Shown here piece by piece: positions 11,936 through 24,182 of a stretch of 64,000 bases of DNA (its first letter is position 1; every line of letters starts with the position of its first letter). The position numbers and the translations under genes were made by a program. The stretch comes from Tubulanus polymorphus (taxonomy: Eukaryota > Animalia > Nemertea): NCBI RefSeq assembly GCF_964204645.1, contig NC_134026.1:10253950-10317949 (forward strand), given 5' to 3'. The notes below the pieces were generated by a model. That model made no database searches and was not told the origin of the DNA. It was given only the letters and a program-made list of their open reading frames with translations.

Positions 11936-12754
11936 ATGAAGAACTATGTTCCCGTCTACTGTTGGCCACTTGTACAGAGACACTTCTTTCTATTCTCACT
12001 GGTATTTAATTTGTTATCAATTATCAGGTATCTCATTGGTGCTGGTATCAATCTGCAGCCTGGACTTACCCCCTCCAAGACATTGATTATTTTATGACAA
12101 TTTTTTCCAATTCGATCATCATGACTTCCCCTGTGTTTCGGGACCTCACTTCGGACATTTCTAATGTAACAATGAACCGACAAATGGACTTTAAATGTCA
12201 GACATAATATATTTTTGAAAAGTCAAGATCTCACCGTCAGAAGGACGGTGGTTCGAGGTGGCAGATTGACCCGCATTAAATGTTCATGTACTTAGTTTTC
12301 TTCCTCGATCTTTGCTGTTGAAACAGTATGAATAGTTAGCTCCCCGCTTTAAGTCTTATCTACTCTGCGTCTCGTGTAAATGAATCTCAGTTCTCTCGAG
12401 AGATCAAGTCCAGTCCTCTCTTAGAAAAAGTTTAACCGTTATCGACAGAATTGAATATAGTGTTCTCCATATGCTGGAATTCTAAAGGGGATGCATTCAT
12501 TGTTAAGTGTATGATATGGTGGCTGCTTTCGATCCCCCCTAAAAAATATATAGAAAATCTAAGCTTAATTTTGGTGTGATCTTCTATTTTTCAAAACAAT
12601 TATCAGCATTTATAGAATATTGATATCCACTCTGGTAGGGGCAGCAGATATTTCATACGGGCTGGCTGATTTTCAGTGGGGTGGATGTAAGAATGAAAAG
12701 GTAGACCGCCCCTCAAAAACCTGTTGTGGAGAACACTGGAATTAAACCTCTTAA

Positions 12755-13042
12755 CCCTTTCAGTGCGTCTACATCGCAGTGCGGTGTATCAATCAGTGAT
12801 GGATTTTGCTAGTACACCGCACTGCGGTGTATTGATGTAATTAGTAATTTGTAATTATCTCTATTGAAAAATGGCAGAAAGTTTCAAACATAGTGAAATA
12901 CTAGTAACTAACGATACACCGCACTGCGGTGTAGACGCACTATAGTGGTATTCCCATTGTTCAACACACTAGGGTGGAATTTTTTAGAATTTTAAAATTT
13001 TCTCCAGCATTATAGGGTATTAATTAGTCAGCACTGAAAGGG
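12755..13042. mobile_element. piggyBac-like MITE
   Basis: TTAA|CCCTTTCAGTGC...GCACTGAAAGGG|TTAA; three internal TACACCGCA(C/G)TGCGGTGTA-type palindromes. Confidence 0.85.
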
Positions 13043-14097
13043 TTAATGAAGAAATTGAATTGATAACCGGCAAATCAATTTAATTTCGTCATTAAGGTTA
13101 TTCAGTTCATAATTGATGTTAGAGTCACAAGTAATATTTTGTATTTGAATATTGTGTAATGTATATCTGAAGTTTCTGCTAGAAAAGTTCTATCTAAACT
13201 TATGCCGGGTTACTGGGAAACCCATTTGGAGTGAGAACAAATATCGTAGATGTAGAATCATGCATTGTAATGCCCATTCAAAAAGTAAAGAACTGGTCTT
13301 AAGTTCGGGTTACTTACGAATAGGGAAGCGGAGTTCCGTCCATTCATATAATACTCGTACATGAAACTTAGCATACATATGTCATAAAAGGAGGTGTCCT
13401 AATTCTAAATTCAGTCTAATTCAGTCTAAATTCAGTCTCACAAATTTGGTTTAACTATGGAACTGGTTTCAGATTTTTCACACTTAAAATTCGAATATTA
13501 AAACTGTTGCCTAAAACTGTACAAAAATTTAAAAGCTAAATGCTTATACTTATTATTTCAGATTAATTTATTGATAGTGTTTATGGATGTTTACATGCTA
13601 TGATTATACAAATATTTTGACAACAAAAATCATTACGTTTGTAGTAAGCATTGAGAATAATATAATAATTAATTTCCAAAGTTAACGATTTGTATTTTTT
13701 CCTGGATCATATATAGGTTGGTGGCCTGTCACTTTATCTATTTCATTCATAAAATCCGGTATTTCTTCTGTCAAGACCAAATACTGTGAAACCTCGCCTA
13801 ACTAGACATGGCCAACTTGGACTATTCTACCAAATCTGACAAAAGCGAAATAATTTTCTGACTCCCTAACGTATTTTCCCATCTTTGAATAGGACTCGCT
13901 CAGACCAACGACCAATTTTGCCAATGCCAGTTAAACGAAGTTGACGTACATGCACCCAGATCACCAATTTCATCATAGAACTATAAGCGAACGGGAAGGC
14001 CGACTCATCAAAAATCTGCTAGGTACCGCTAGTAATCTTGTGTTCGCTTATAGTTCTATGGTTTTATAAAACGATTGAGCTCTTAATGTTCTATTGT

Positions 14098-14426
14098 CAG
14101 TGGTGGATCCAGACGGGGACGCGCACCGCCAATTTTTGCCGAGCAAAGAATGTTTTCAAGCCACTAATGAAAAAACTAGTTTGCTGGATGGTAACCGCAA
14201 ATTTTGAATACGGAGGACTGACCAAATCTTCACCTAATCGTCAATTATTTTCTTACTATAATATTGCGAAAGTACGCCCAGAATGCACCTCATTGCGTCT
14301 ATTTTTCCAAAATTTCCCAGATAAGACCCCCCACAAATGGATTCGCGCCGCTCGCGCTGGGATGGCGCTTTGTCATCCAATTGCTTTCATTTGTGCCCCC
14401 TTTTCAAAGTGCTGGATCCGCCCCTG
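14098..14426. mobile_element. Second CAGGGGCGGATCCAG-family MITE with 5-bp TSD
   Basis: cagtggtggatccag...ctggatccgcccctg with ATTGT on both sides. Confidence 0.8.
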
Positions 14427-15084
14427 ATTGTCACACTATAGTAACTATTTGCAAATAACTGAATTTGAGTTAAAGTTTCTAACATATCAGATGGAAATGT
14501 TCTACCAGGTGAGTGTATCTCATTACACTTCCCTAGTTATACTGATGGAAATGCTAAGCATTTGAGTGTGTGTAATTGGCCCCGCAGGTAGATTTCAGTG
14601 CAATTCAAGAGGTTTTGAGGTACCTGTCTTATTTCAAGAATAGGCGCACGCCGCGCATGATGCAATAAATAGGATACGAAGATGACAAGATTTTACTTGT
14701 AGGCTTTCCGGCACATACAATATTTGAAAAAGTATCGATATAATTATTTAAGTCGTATTGAAAACTGGTGGAAATAAAAGTTACATGATTGTTACTGCCA
14801 ATGTTGTTAGAAAGGTCGTATTTTGTTCGGATACATCGATACTAAGACGGCTAAATACGCGGCAACTATGATTAATACTGACGATTGCGAAAAAACTTGC
14901 TTTCCTCGACAGTCAGCGTCGATTCTTCGTTTGTGAATGATACACGTTTCAGCAGTTTACTGGAAAAGATTATGAAATCAAACAGTTAACGATTTATAGT
15001 ATTCTTTTTTTAATCTCACATATTTATTTTCAACATCCGCTGTGACTGGAAGACTGATGCTTATCTCAGTATTCCAGAGTTAAC

Positions 15085-15222
15085 GAGCAAAACCCGCAGT
15101 TGTTGATTTAAGGATTTATCTTCTGACATTTTCGTTTCTCTGATGGTGGTGACCTTTAGTCAAAATATCGAAACTGTCAGCAGAATAAACTGTTATATTA
15201 TTATCAACTGTGGTGTTTACTC
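15085..15222 (+). mobile_element. Penelope-like inverted terminal relic containing a degenerate hammerhead core
   Basis: 15085-15134 is an imperfect inverted copy of 15169-15222. The centre reads CUGAUGG...UGAC-cuuua-GUCA...CGAAAC-UGUC-AG. Confidence 0.5.
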
Positions 15223-15319
15223 ACTAATATCCACTGTTATTTAACACCGTGGTGTGAATAAAATCTACCCTTATCAATTATGACCGATCCCTCCCGGGAC
15301 TCTTTAACTCTATATAGCT

Positions 15320-15505
15320 TTATTTCCCACTGAGCGCCACGCATGGCATCATTAGCGGGTTCGGTGATTCTTTTTTTTCCGAATTAAGGGCAGGGAACAC
15401 GGAGGAATCTTCGACGAAAATTTGTTGCCACCAGGATTCGAACTCATGAACCTGGATTGACCAGACCGGCGACTGACGGCTTCGACCATTCGACCAGCGC
15501 AAACG
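15320..15505 (-). mobile_element. tRNA-derived SINE
   Basis: A-box-like TGGTCGAATGG and B box GAGTTCGAATCC on the - strand, followed by a tRNA-unrelated body and AATAAA; no cloverleaf. Confidence 0.55.
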
Positions 15506-15775
15506 TTTGTTGAGATAGTTTGACACGGCTTGAGCGGACGGAGTCAGTCAACTAATGAACAAATTGCAGAAAGATCTAAGAAAATTTGAAGACGGGGTCC
15601 AGAAAAGAAAAAGCATTTCTCGGATAAAGCAGCCATGTCGTCAAAGAGCATTACACCCTCAGTGTTAGAAAAGTTGCAATTTTCCGGAGCATGAGAGTCA
15701 GATTACCATGTTTTAACGATCTTTCTGGCCAAAAAGGCCAACATCATTGAGAAGGCATAGTCATGCTTTTGGCGT

Positions 15776-16280
15776 TATGGTAGCTGATTCAAGCCATGTA
15801 AATAAATCTTGCAGATATTGCAAATTCTTTTACAAATGCATAGCGGTCGTTTTATCGCGCAGAAACATTAATTACGACGTTGAAACGAGAGATTTTCTCG
15901 TTTTAACGTGCGATAAAATGAAATTTTTCGTTTTTTTTTAAACGAAAAATGTCATTTTATCACATTTTGCTAAAACGAAAAATAGCTCGATAAAACGAGA
16001 AAAGTTGCGCAATAGAACAAATGATTTTCGTTTTATCGTGCTATTTTTTGTTTTCGACGTTTTCTTCTTTTAGTTTTATCGCGCGATTAAAAAACGAACT
16101 TTGAAGCCGGGCGCACTTGATGATACGATAATATGAGGATGATATGATATGATGATGCGATAAAGCCATGCGATGAAGCGATCATACGATCAATCGCAAA
16201 GTTGTGCATCGGGCTTTAGACGTTTGTGAAAAAATTATGATGTTTGTCTTTTTTTCACATGGCCCGAATCAGCCACCATG
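15776..16280. mobile_element. Diverged TATGGTGGCTGA-family MITE
   Basis: tatggtagctgattcaagccatg ... catggcccgaatcagccaccatg; internal cgttttatcgc repeats. Confidence 0.65.
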
Positions 16281-16595
16281 GTGCTGGTCCAAGGACTAAA
16301 GTTTGCGTATCTCGTGGTTTCACTTGGATCCTTGGTTCCGTTTCTTTTTGCGAGGAGTTTCAGTTGAAATGAGTCTGTAATTTGTTCTCTCAGAACACAT
16401 TTATACGCTAAACTTAATTATAACTTATATGGCCACAAAGGAAAGATTGTTTCTCATCGCCACCCGCGTCGAAAAAAATACGTTCAAAAACGAAATAGCC
16501 CGCCCGCATCATAATCGTTAAATGATTTACTATAAAATAAAATCCGCACGCTCGCGCGTATAGGAAGTTCATGAAATCGAATCGGCATCGATAGT

Positions 16596-17215
16596 TTAGT
16601 TTTGACATCTGCAGCCTGTCGCAAACGGAAAGACCCTTCGAAAACTCTGAAAATAAGTTTCGTTGTGTTTTTATAGGGGTTTCATGTATCTATTTCTTTT
16701 CCGAATTTTATATTTAAGTCCATTTTCTTTCAACGTCCATCTCTTGAATTTCCCCCTTTTTAAAAACTAAAATAAACGTTGCTGTGACGAGAAACGATGC
16801 ATCTTTTTATGTGGGCTTGCATATTAAAAAAACAAACATCCGAGTTGAACGGATTCAATGTGGACGGAATACTGTTGTAAATACATGTAAAGCTGGTTGC
16901 TTGCACCGTTACACGGTTATACTTATCTTCATATTTTCTTACCTCGGTAAGCTCTGTGTTTTCGTCGGTAGCAATGTCGCTCGTATCCCTGGTTCGCCTT
17001 CCCTTGCGAATACGACAGGGTCTCGCCGTACAGCTCGCTCGTTTGACACTACGACAACGACACCAACTGCAACCGTTGAAATATCTCTTCGCTATATCGG
17101 CAGTAGTTCGACAAGCGACTTTCGCTGGAATGTACCTCCTCGTTCCACGACCTGTCTGCGACAGGCCTATGCCGACGCATGTCAGGAATAAAATTAACAA
17201 ACACCAAGCTCTCAT
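16596..17215 (-). CDS. Secreted single-domain pacifastin-like protease inhibitor precursor
   Basis: ATG at 17215, signal peptide MRAWCLLILFLTCVGIGLS, domain ACRTTADIAKRYFNGCSWCRCRSVKRASCTARPC. Preferred model is exon 17215-16943 (GAG|GTAAGA) plus exon 16646-16596 (ttttcag|, SFRRVFPFATGCRCQN*), 107 aa. The unspliced ORF would instead stop at 16760. Confidence 0.75.
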
Positions 17216-17576
17216 TTTCTGTCTGCGTCTGTGAATCAAAACTTATATAAACTTATGAAAGAATGGAAAATTCGCTGTCAATTCCTTCGCATAACCCAGG
17301 GCCCATTCCACAGTTGCGAGTTAAATGTTATGCATATAACTGTTTAAATAAAATCTAATTCGCAACCGTGGAACTGATCTTTATATTTTTTCTTACCGAA
17401 TTTGAATCACTTGTTCGTGTTCAATATAGTAAATCTAAATAAGATGCGCACAACTTAGAAATTGACAACGGCTGCAACCCTATTGACGGCACACAAGAGA
17501 ATATCGCATTTGAAAGAGTGTACGGCTGTAATATACTAAAGAATTTCACATAAGATACAAATATGATCAATTTCAC

Positions 17577-17835
<259 letters not shown>

Positions 17836-18054
17836 GGATAACAAGCCAGGAACTTCAGCGAAAATGCCCTCGTTCGATAAATCGGCGTCTAAGCTATTGT
17901 TATTAATTTTATCGTTAAGACGAAGTTCACAATGGATGATACATAAGGTTTTAAGTTCGTCGCAATTTAGTTGTTTTTCTCCATAAATCTATTTACACTT
18001 CGTTCGATAGTTCTGTCCACGTTTATCATTCGGAGTGAAATCCCACGCAGTTGG

Positions 18055-18984
18055 TTAGCGCGGTCTTAATGCTTCTAACCACGGACAAAATCGCTCGGTA
18101 CAAATCGCTGCTCCGATTCCAAAACAACTGCACCAGTTGCATCCGTCATAGTAGCGCCTGCGAGCATCGGAGATTGTCGAGCACATGCGTTCCGGGGTCA
18201 TCGACATACTACTGCCCGAAGATATCCGACCGTGAAGACCATGCTGGTTGATCTCAAAGAAATGTTGTTTTTTCGGTTGTCGTCGCAGACGCGTAGGACG
18301 AGGTTTAGTGGGTGGACGACGAATGGCCGATTCGTATTCCTGCATTTCAGGGCAGGGCAATTTTGAGCACGCCGCTCGGCCGATCCCAGTACAGCGACAA
18401 TGGTTACAGCCATCGAAATAGAACTTTTCTAAATCTGACACGAGTGCGCACGCAACGTCAGGCGGTGTGTAGCTCGAAACGCCAGGCTTCTCAACGGAAA
18501 CGGTTTCCTGAATCAAATGACAGATGCGGGTATTGCAGCGAGCCTCCCCGATACCTTTACATCGGCACCAATTACAACCGTCGAAATATCTCTTGCGGGA
18601 ACTAGCATCTCTGGGCGTCGTGCAGGCTTCTAGAGCTGGGATGTACCGGTCGATATCCACGTGGCCGTCGTGTTTGGCACCGTGGTGATGATTTCGAACG
18701 TGATCGGGCCGGGCGAGCGACGAATGCTCGCGGTGTCTGACACGACACACTTTCCGTGTGCAGCGTGCCGAACCGATGGTTCGACACCGACACCAATTAC
18801 ATCCGTCGAAGTACCGTTTGCGGCTCCTCGCGTTGGCCTGGGTAGCGCACGCCTCAAACGCCGATATATAAGTGTGCGATGTGGCGCTTTCGTGGTCAAA
18901 CTCCTCAACCACGGAGAAATCGGTTGCAACCACGTAGATAAAGAACGTCGAGAAGAAAACCAATAAACTTACAAATCTAATCAT
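18055..18984 (-). CDS. Secreted four-domain pacifastin-like protease inhibitor precursor, 309 aa
   Basis: Uninterrupted ORF with a hydrophobic signal peptide (aa 1-20) and four C-x13/15-CNxCxC-x3-G-x3-C-x4-C domains (aa 46-80, 121-155, 179-211, 268-300), matching the pacifastin light-chain pattern. Confidence 0.88.
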   Translation of the reverse strand: MIRFVSLLVFFSTFFIYVVATDFSVVEEFDHESATSHTYISAFEACATQANARSRKRYFDGCNWCRCRTIGSARCTRKVCRVRHREHSSLARPDHVRNHHHGAKHDGHVDIDRYIPALEACTTPRDASSRKRYFDGCNWCRCKGIGEARCNTRICHLIQETVSVEKPGVSSYTPPDVACALVSDLEKFYFDGCNHCRCTGIGRAACSKLPCPEMQEYESAIRRPPTKPRPTRLRRQPKKQHFFEINQHGLHGRISSGSSMSMTPERMCSTISDARRRYYDGCNWCSCFGIGAAICTERFCPWLEALRPR

Positions 18985-21009
18985 TGTGTATATGCCAGTC
19001 TATAGCATTGATATCATCAGCAATAAATTATGAGTTCTCTTCCCTAGAGCACTAGAGCACGTATAAATATATATATCTCAAACGAACATAAATACAACTA
19101 CGTATACTCTATCCCAAGCCAATGGAATTATAAACACTAGTCTACGTCAATTCAAAAGCTCTTATCTCTAGTAAGCCAGCATGTTTGCTTGGAATTTCGA
19201 CCCTCTCAAAACTGATCTGAGATTAAAACCGTTTCCGGAACGAGAGAAATAGTTCAAACAATACGCAAACATGACGTATATACACATCAAGTATAGATGT
19301 TGTGTGTATCGTTGGTTCCGTGAGTCCATCAACATTTCTTGGACCTAGCCGATAGAGATGTGGGGTTTCCTATTAGTTGACTCATTAGTGGCAATTAAAT
19401 TGAATTATCCGTATTAAACAATTTGATGCCGTAAACGATACAGGAAACGAAGTATTTTTGTGTCAACTCCATTTATATTGTACGCATTGAAAATTGAAGT
19501 TTAAGTCCGCGCACTGAGAATATAAAGTTTCCTTAAGGTAGTAAGTAATGTGCATTTCTCTGTAATTAGTAACAGTACATACATAGTTTGTATCTTTTCA
19601 TGTCATTTCTTGAAAAGGACTCGAAGAGATGAGTCGAAATCGATCGAAACGTTTGAACATGTAAATAAACTCATTATCATCATGAAGATTGTGATAGTTG
19701 CGTTCTTATTATTATTTAATGTGCATGTGTGAAGCATGAAAAACTACAGGTCCATGCCCACGCGGGGAGTGGTTTCTAATGCTAAAAATCTGATATTTCA
19801 CAATTCAAGGGCCCCTGGTGAACATAAGACAGAAACCAATGACCTTGAAATTCACCACAATCACGAGCTTCAACTTCGCAATTGATTGTGATTACAAAAT
19901 ATGCATCTGTACCAATGTAAATAGACAAATTGTATATATTTCAATATTCAACTCCCCTCGTCCTTTCTCCAGATCTGAGCGTGGCTATTCTATTACAGAG
20001 TATTGACCAAGTTTATGCCTAGTTTAATTTGTTTTTGAGTTGTAAGAACTCGTAATTCTCAGCAGAATTATTATATTCTAAATTTGAAATACACACAAAT
20101 CCTTACTGTATGATTTCTTAAAATAAGCAATCATGTAACAACATAAAATTTAGCTTCTTTGCAAAAGGGGTGAAATGCGAGGACGGTATACCTTCCACGA
20201 AGAGATGTATCCTACGACAGCACTAATAATTATCAAATATTAAAAGTTAAAGTTACCTAAAAGTTAAAATTTTCCTGATATTTTGGTATCTACAAAATGA
20301 GGAGTGATGACACTTAAGATGGCTGCTTATTGTGTGACATTTGACTGATGGAAAAAATCTGTCAATGTTCAAGGTGCCTACCCATATGCCCATCACAAAC
20401 TCCAATGAAAAATGGGAAACCACTAGGAAGCTACATATATCGGAATTCAGGCCAGAGATGATCTTTTCGAGCACAAAAAGGTCACAGGCCTTCATATCTC
20501 CTATCCACCCTGTTTTACTTATGCCGAGGGGACACAAACATAGTGAAAGATCAAGTGTCTTCAAAGTTTTCTTAGAATACTGCAAGGAATTAGATGTTAC
20601 TTTCACTAAGAATAACTAAAGGCAACTTACAATAATCTACTAAGGCCCAAAACTCTTGAACTCAATATAAAAAAAAATCTGAAATATATGTCAATCTCTC
20701 ATATCCTTTGGAAATACTGTAAAAAATATTTCATTTCTCAATATGTTTAGATTAAATTATGTATTTCTGATTGATTCAATTTAATGTACCAAATGTCATG
20801 GAACTACATGTATCATATGTTAGATATTTTGTCATGTAACGTGTAGGTATGAATGGGGTGAATGTGCGTGAATGTGAGCGATTGGGCCCTTCAGGTAATA
20901 AGTTTGTATTAACTTCACCAGTCGTCCAGGCGTCTTATATAACATTAATTTGTATCTATTCCTGCTACTTCGTATTGTGATTTAAATCGCGAATAAAACA
21001 TTTTTATTT

Positions 21010-21350
21010 ACTTCAAAAATGTATAAAAAGTGCAGATTTGGACAATGGCCATCTTGATTCTGATCGGCCAGTTTTTGGACTGCAGATATATCACGGTGGA
21101 TATTTGTACAGTCAACCCCCCCCCCCCCCCCCGATATACCGCCCACATTGGTGCAGAACGATTTTGGCGGTATAGAGAGTGTGGCGGTATATCAGGGGTT
21201 CACTGTATGTATTAACCAAATATCAAGACAATCCATTGAAGTGTCATCAACACTTCTCAAAATAACTGGATTCCTACTGATAGACCAATGGACAAGCCAA
21301 AAGTGAATGCAAAGAGACAGCTTGGACTTAAATTCCAAGTGGGCTAAATA
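21010..21350 (+). mobile_element. HINE/Helentron-associated-like repeat, copy 1, interrupted by a Tigger-like MITE at about 21107-21208
   Basis: Colinear with 26050-26310 (ggccatcttgattctgat..., ccaaatatcaagaca..., aaataactggattcc..., ccaagtgggctaaa). Nested tacagtcaacccc...ggggttcactgta. Confidence 0.55.
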
Positions 21351-22763
21351 AGCAGCTGAGAAAAATCTACGAATTGTTATTTCTAACAATTTTATTAACA
21401 AAATTGGGTTGCATCAACACACCACCATAACGCGAGAACCAGACGAAAATTTGACACAACGAGCGTCATACATAATCGCTAATCATCAATACATGTATAA
21501 ATATTCATATTTATTCTTACAGTCTCTTATCTCTTCATACATTTGTATTACAATAAATAAGAGTTATCATTTCCTATGACAAAGAAGAAGTCAGTTTTAA
21601 CACGCGTCTAAGATAAATGAGTTTTTAGTGTACATCGCTTTCCACAGTTTGCCGGATCACTGGGCAAACAATGCCCGGCTCAGACGTGGTAAAACTGGGT
21701 GCTAGAGCACTGGTGTCAAATATCATCAATAATCTGCCAGTCCAGTTGATTAACATCTCACTGGAATGGGGTGTGCACTTTCTATCCGGCAAAAAGCTTA
21801 TCACCAAACTTCAAAATGACACTTGAGACCACGACATACATAAGTGACTGGCAGATTGGCAATTTGCCTGGTTTCCATACTGGAATATTTCGGTTTGATA
21901 CATTTGAAGGGTTCAGATATATGGTCTGGATAGTGGCTTCTTCTTAAATCTATCTTCCACAATAATCAAAATAAGATCCATATCCCATTTGCTAAATTCT
22001 CTGTCGCTATGGAATGTCTTCTATTTTAAACCAACTCAAAACGCGTAAGAAGTACAAGAATGATACTTGTATTATAGATATTCTTTTTAAGTAACGATTT
22101 TCTACTGTAAAGTACTATGGTTCACTAACACAATTCGTAATACTAACCTGTGGGACACGTTATCTACTTACGTTTAAAAAAAGGAAATGTTCCCAGTCTA
22201 GAACACATGATAAAATGCGCTAAAAATGTCTTCTAATAGTTAACTAATAAAAACATCGTACATAATCCCATTCACAACACGGGATTTACCTAACTGATGT
22301 ACGGCACCATTAACACACAATTTTGCGTTGATGCAAATGAAATATTCGCATTGAAATAATTGGTAGTTCTTAAAAGTACACAGCAACAGCCTTACAGCCA
22401 TGAAGAGAAATGTTGTTTGTGTAGCAAGATTTGTCTACAAAACCTTGAGTAGTATTTCAATCTGGTATTCATCATATTCGGGCACTCAATAAGTCACTGA
22501 CCAGTTCAGGTCACTTTCTCAATGGCCAGAAAAATTCAGATATTTTTTTAAACATTTCTTCTAAGGCCATCTGCATTGTGAACATATATGAAATATATTT
22601 TCAGATTAACTTGTTCATAGCCTCACTGACTATAAATCACTGACTATATAAATCAAAACAAAGTTCACATGTTTTCAAGACTATTGATATACAACCCCCG
22701 GCATTTTAGCCAAATTCAAAGACTCCCTGAAGTCCACCAATCCCTATTTCCCTTAAAATATTG

Positions 22764-22973
22764 TACAGCAAAGTCTATTATAATGCCATCCTTTTTAATG
22801 CCACTTAATAAGAGCCACTTTTTAATTCACTTAATGCCAAAGTTTTCCAGAGAACGGATTTGTTCAATCTAACTCAAATTCAATGAAAATACCATTCTTC
22901 ATAATGTCAAATTCGTAATAATGCCATGTTTTCATTTTACCCATTAGTGGCATTATAAAGGACTTTAACTGTA
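22764..22973. mobile_element. Tigger/pogo-like MITE
   Basis: tacagcaaagtctattataatgcc ... ggcattataaaggactttaactgta with TA flanks. Confidence 0.6.
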
Positions 22974-24182
22974 GTTTTAAATATTTCAATTATCATCAAT
23001 AATTGTAAGCCATGTTTTTGGCCAATTCTTGTTCCCGCTTTCTCTGTTAAAAACAAATAATCCCCTGGATCCAGAATCACAAATGTTACACACGTATACT
23101 TCAAAATAATTCATGCATTGAATCCAGATTTCGATGTAATCCAGATATTGTTTGCGTTCCACCTATACATAAAATGTAAGTAAAATATGATGTTTGTGAT
23201 CCTTACTTCTTACGAAAGGAATCCTTTTCATCGGTCTCCAATAATCCGAATTACAAGAACTGTAATACCAGTAGATGGCAACGCATTCGAGCATATACTA
23301 TTGCAGTTGCCAGTACTTGCAATCGCTTTTGGCCGACCTCAAAATGTTAGGCACAATACCACACATTTACCAACTAAATGTATTCAGGGTTTCGGGGACC
23401 GTTCATTAACTACGCACGTAAAAAATAGGACCCTTTTTCAAGGTCCTTCCTTGTGTACACATTGTACTATATTACCGACGACCAATGACTGATCATGTAG
23501 TATAAAACATAAACAAACACCTGTTAGTAGTCTACCGGTCCGTTTATTATAGTATAAATAAATTTTAATGTTTGAGACTTTAATTATCGCGCCATAAAGC
23601 TTGCCCCTCTTGAAGGGATTTACTAGGATGCACCCTTTTAAAAAGGGAATTCATTATATTGTTACAGACTCATGGCTGAACTACTACCTAAATGAGAAGC
23701 CTGGGTAACATGAGATTATACAGTAGAAATTGGTGCACTTTGATTTATTAAGCACGTACGGTTTGTGTAAATAGCTACCTAACTTTGTACGCAGATCGTA
23801 CGCTTTTGCCATTGAGGTCCTACCTAGGGCTTGCATACGTACATAATGAACGGTCCCTTGCGCTAAGCATATTGATCACTATTCAAAAGCCCGCATAAAA
23901 AACCACACCGAATGAAGGAGATCAGTCATATTTAAAAAAGAAAATTTTAACTACTCAGAACTGCACCAGGAACATTAATATTAATACGATATTTGTGAAA
24001 TGGAAGTTAAGTCGTCATACATCATTTCGCCTTATTTCTTTGTACATTTTAAGTTTGAATCCTCATCAGACATACAAGAAGTTACATCACCCAAAAACCA
24101 TCACAGTTCGTACAAAATATCATCCATCCATAGTCCGCAATACCGCAATATATAATTTTACAATATTTCCTAATCGATGTAT

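Noticed and set aside
15047-15095. miR-7-like start TGGAAGACT in a small hairpin
   Set aside because: Only the first 9 nt match and the stem is too short for a pre-miRNA.
15430-15500. Possible tRNA gene (similar B boxes near 792, 5927 and 7460)
   Set aside because: No cloverleaf or acceptor stem; SINE- or TE-derived.
20253-20619. Overlapping 117-aa and 92-aa ORFs
   Set aside because: No recognisable domain or splice context; more likely a decayed LINE 3' region.
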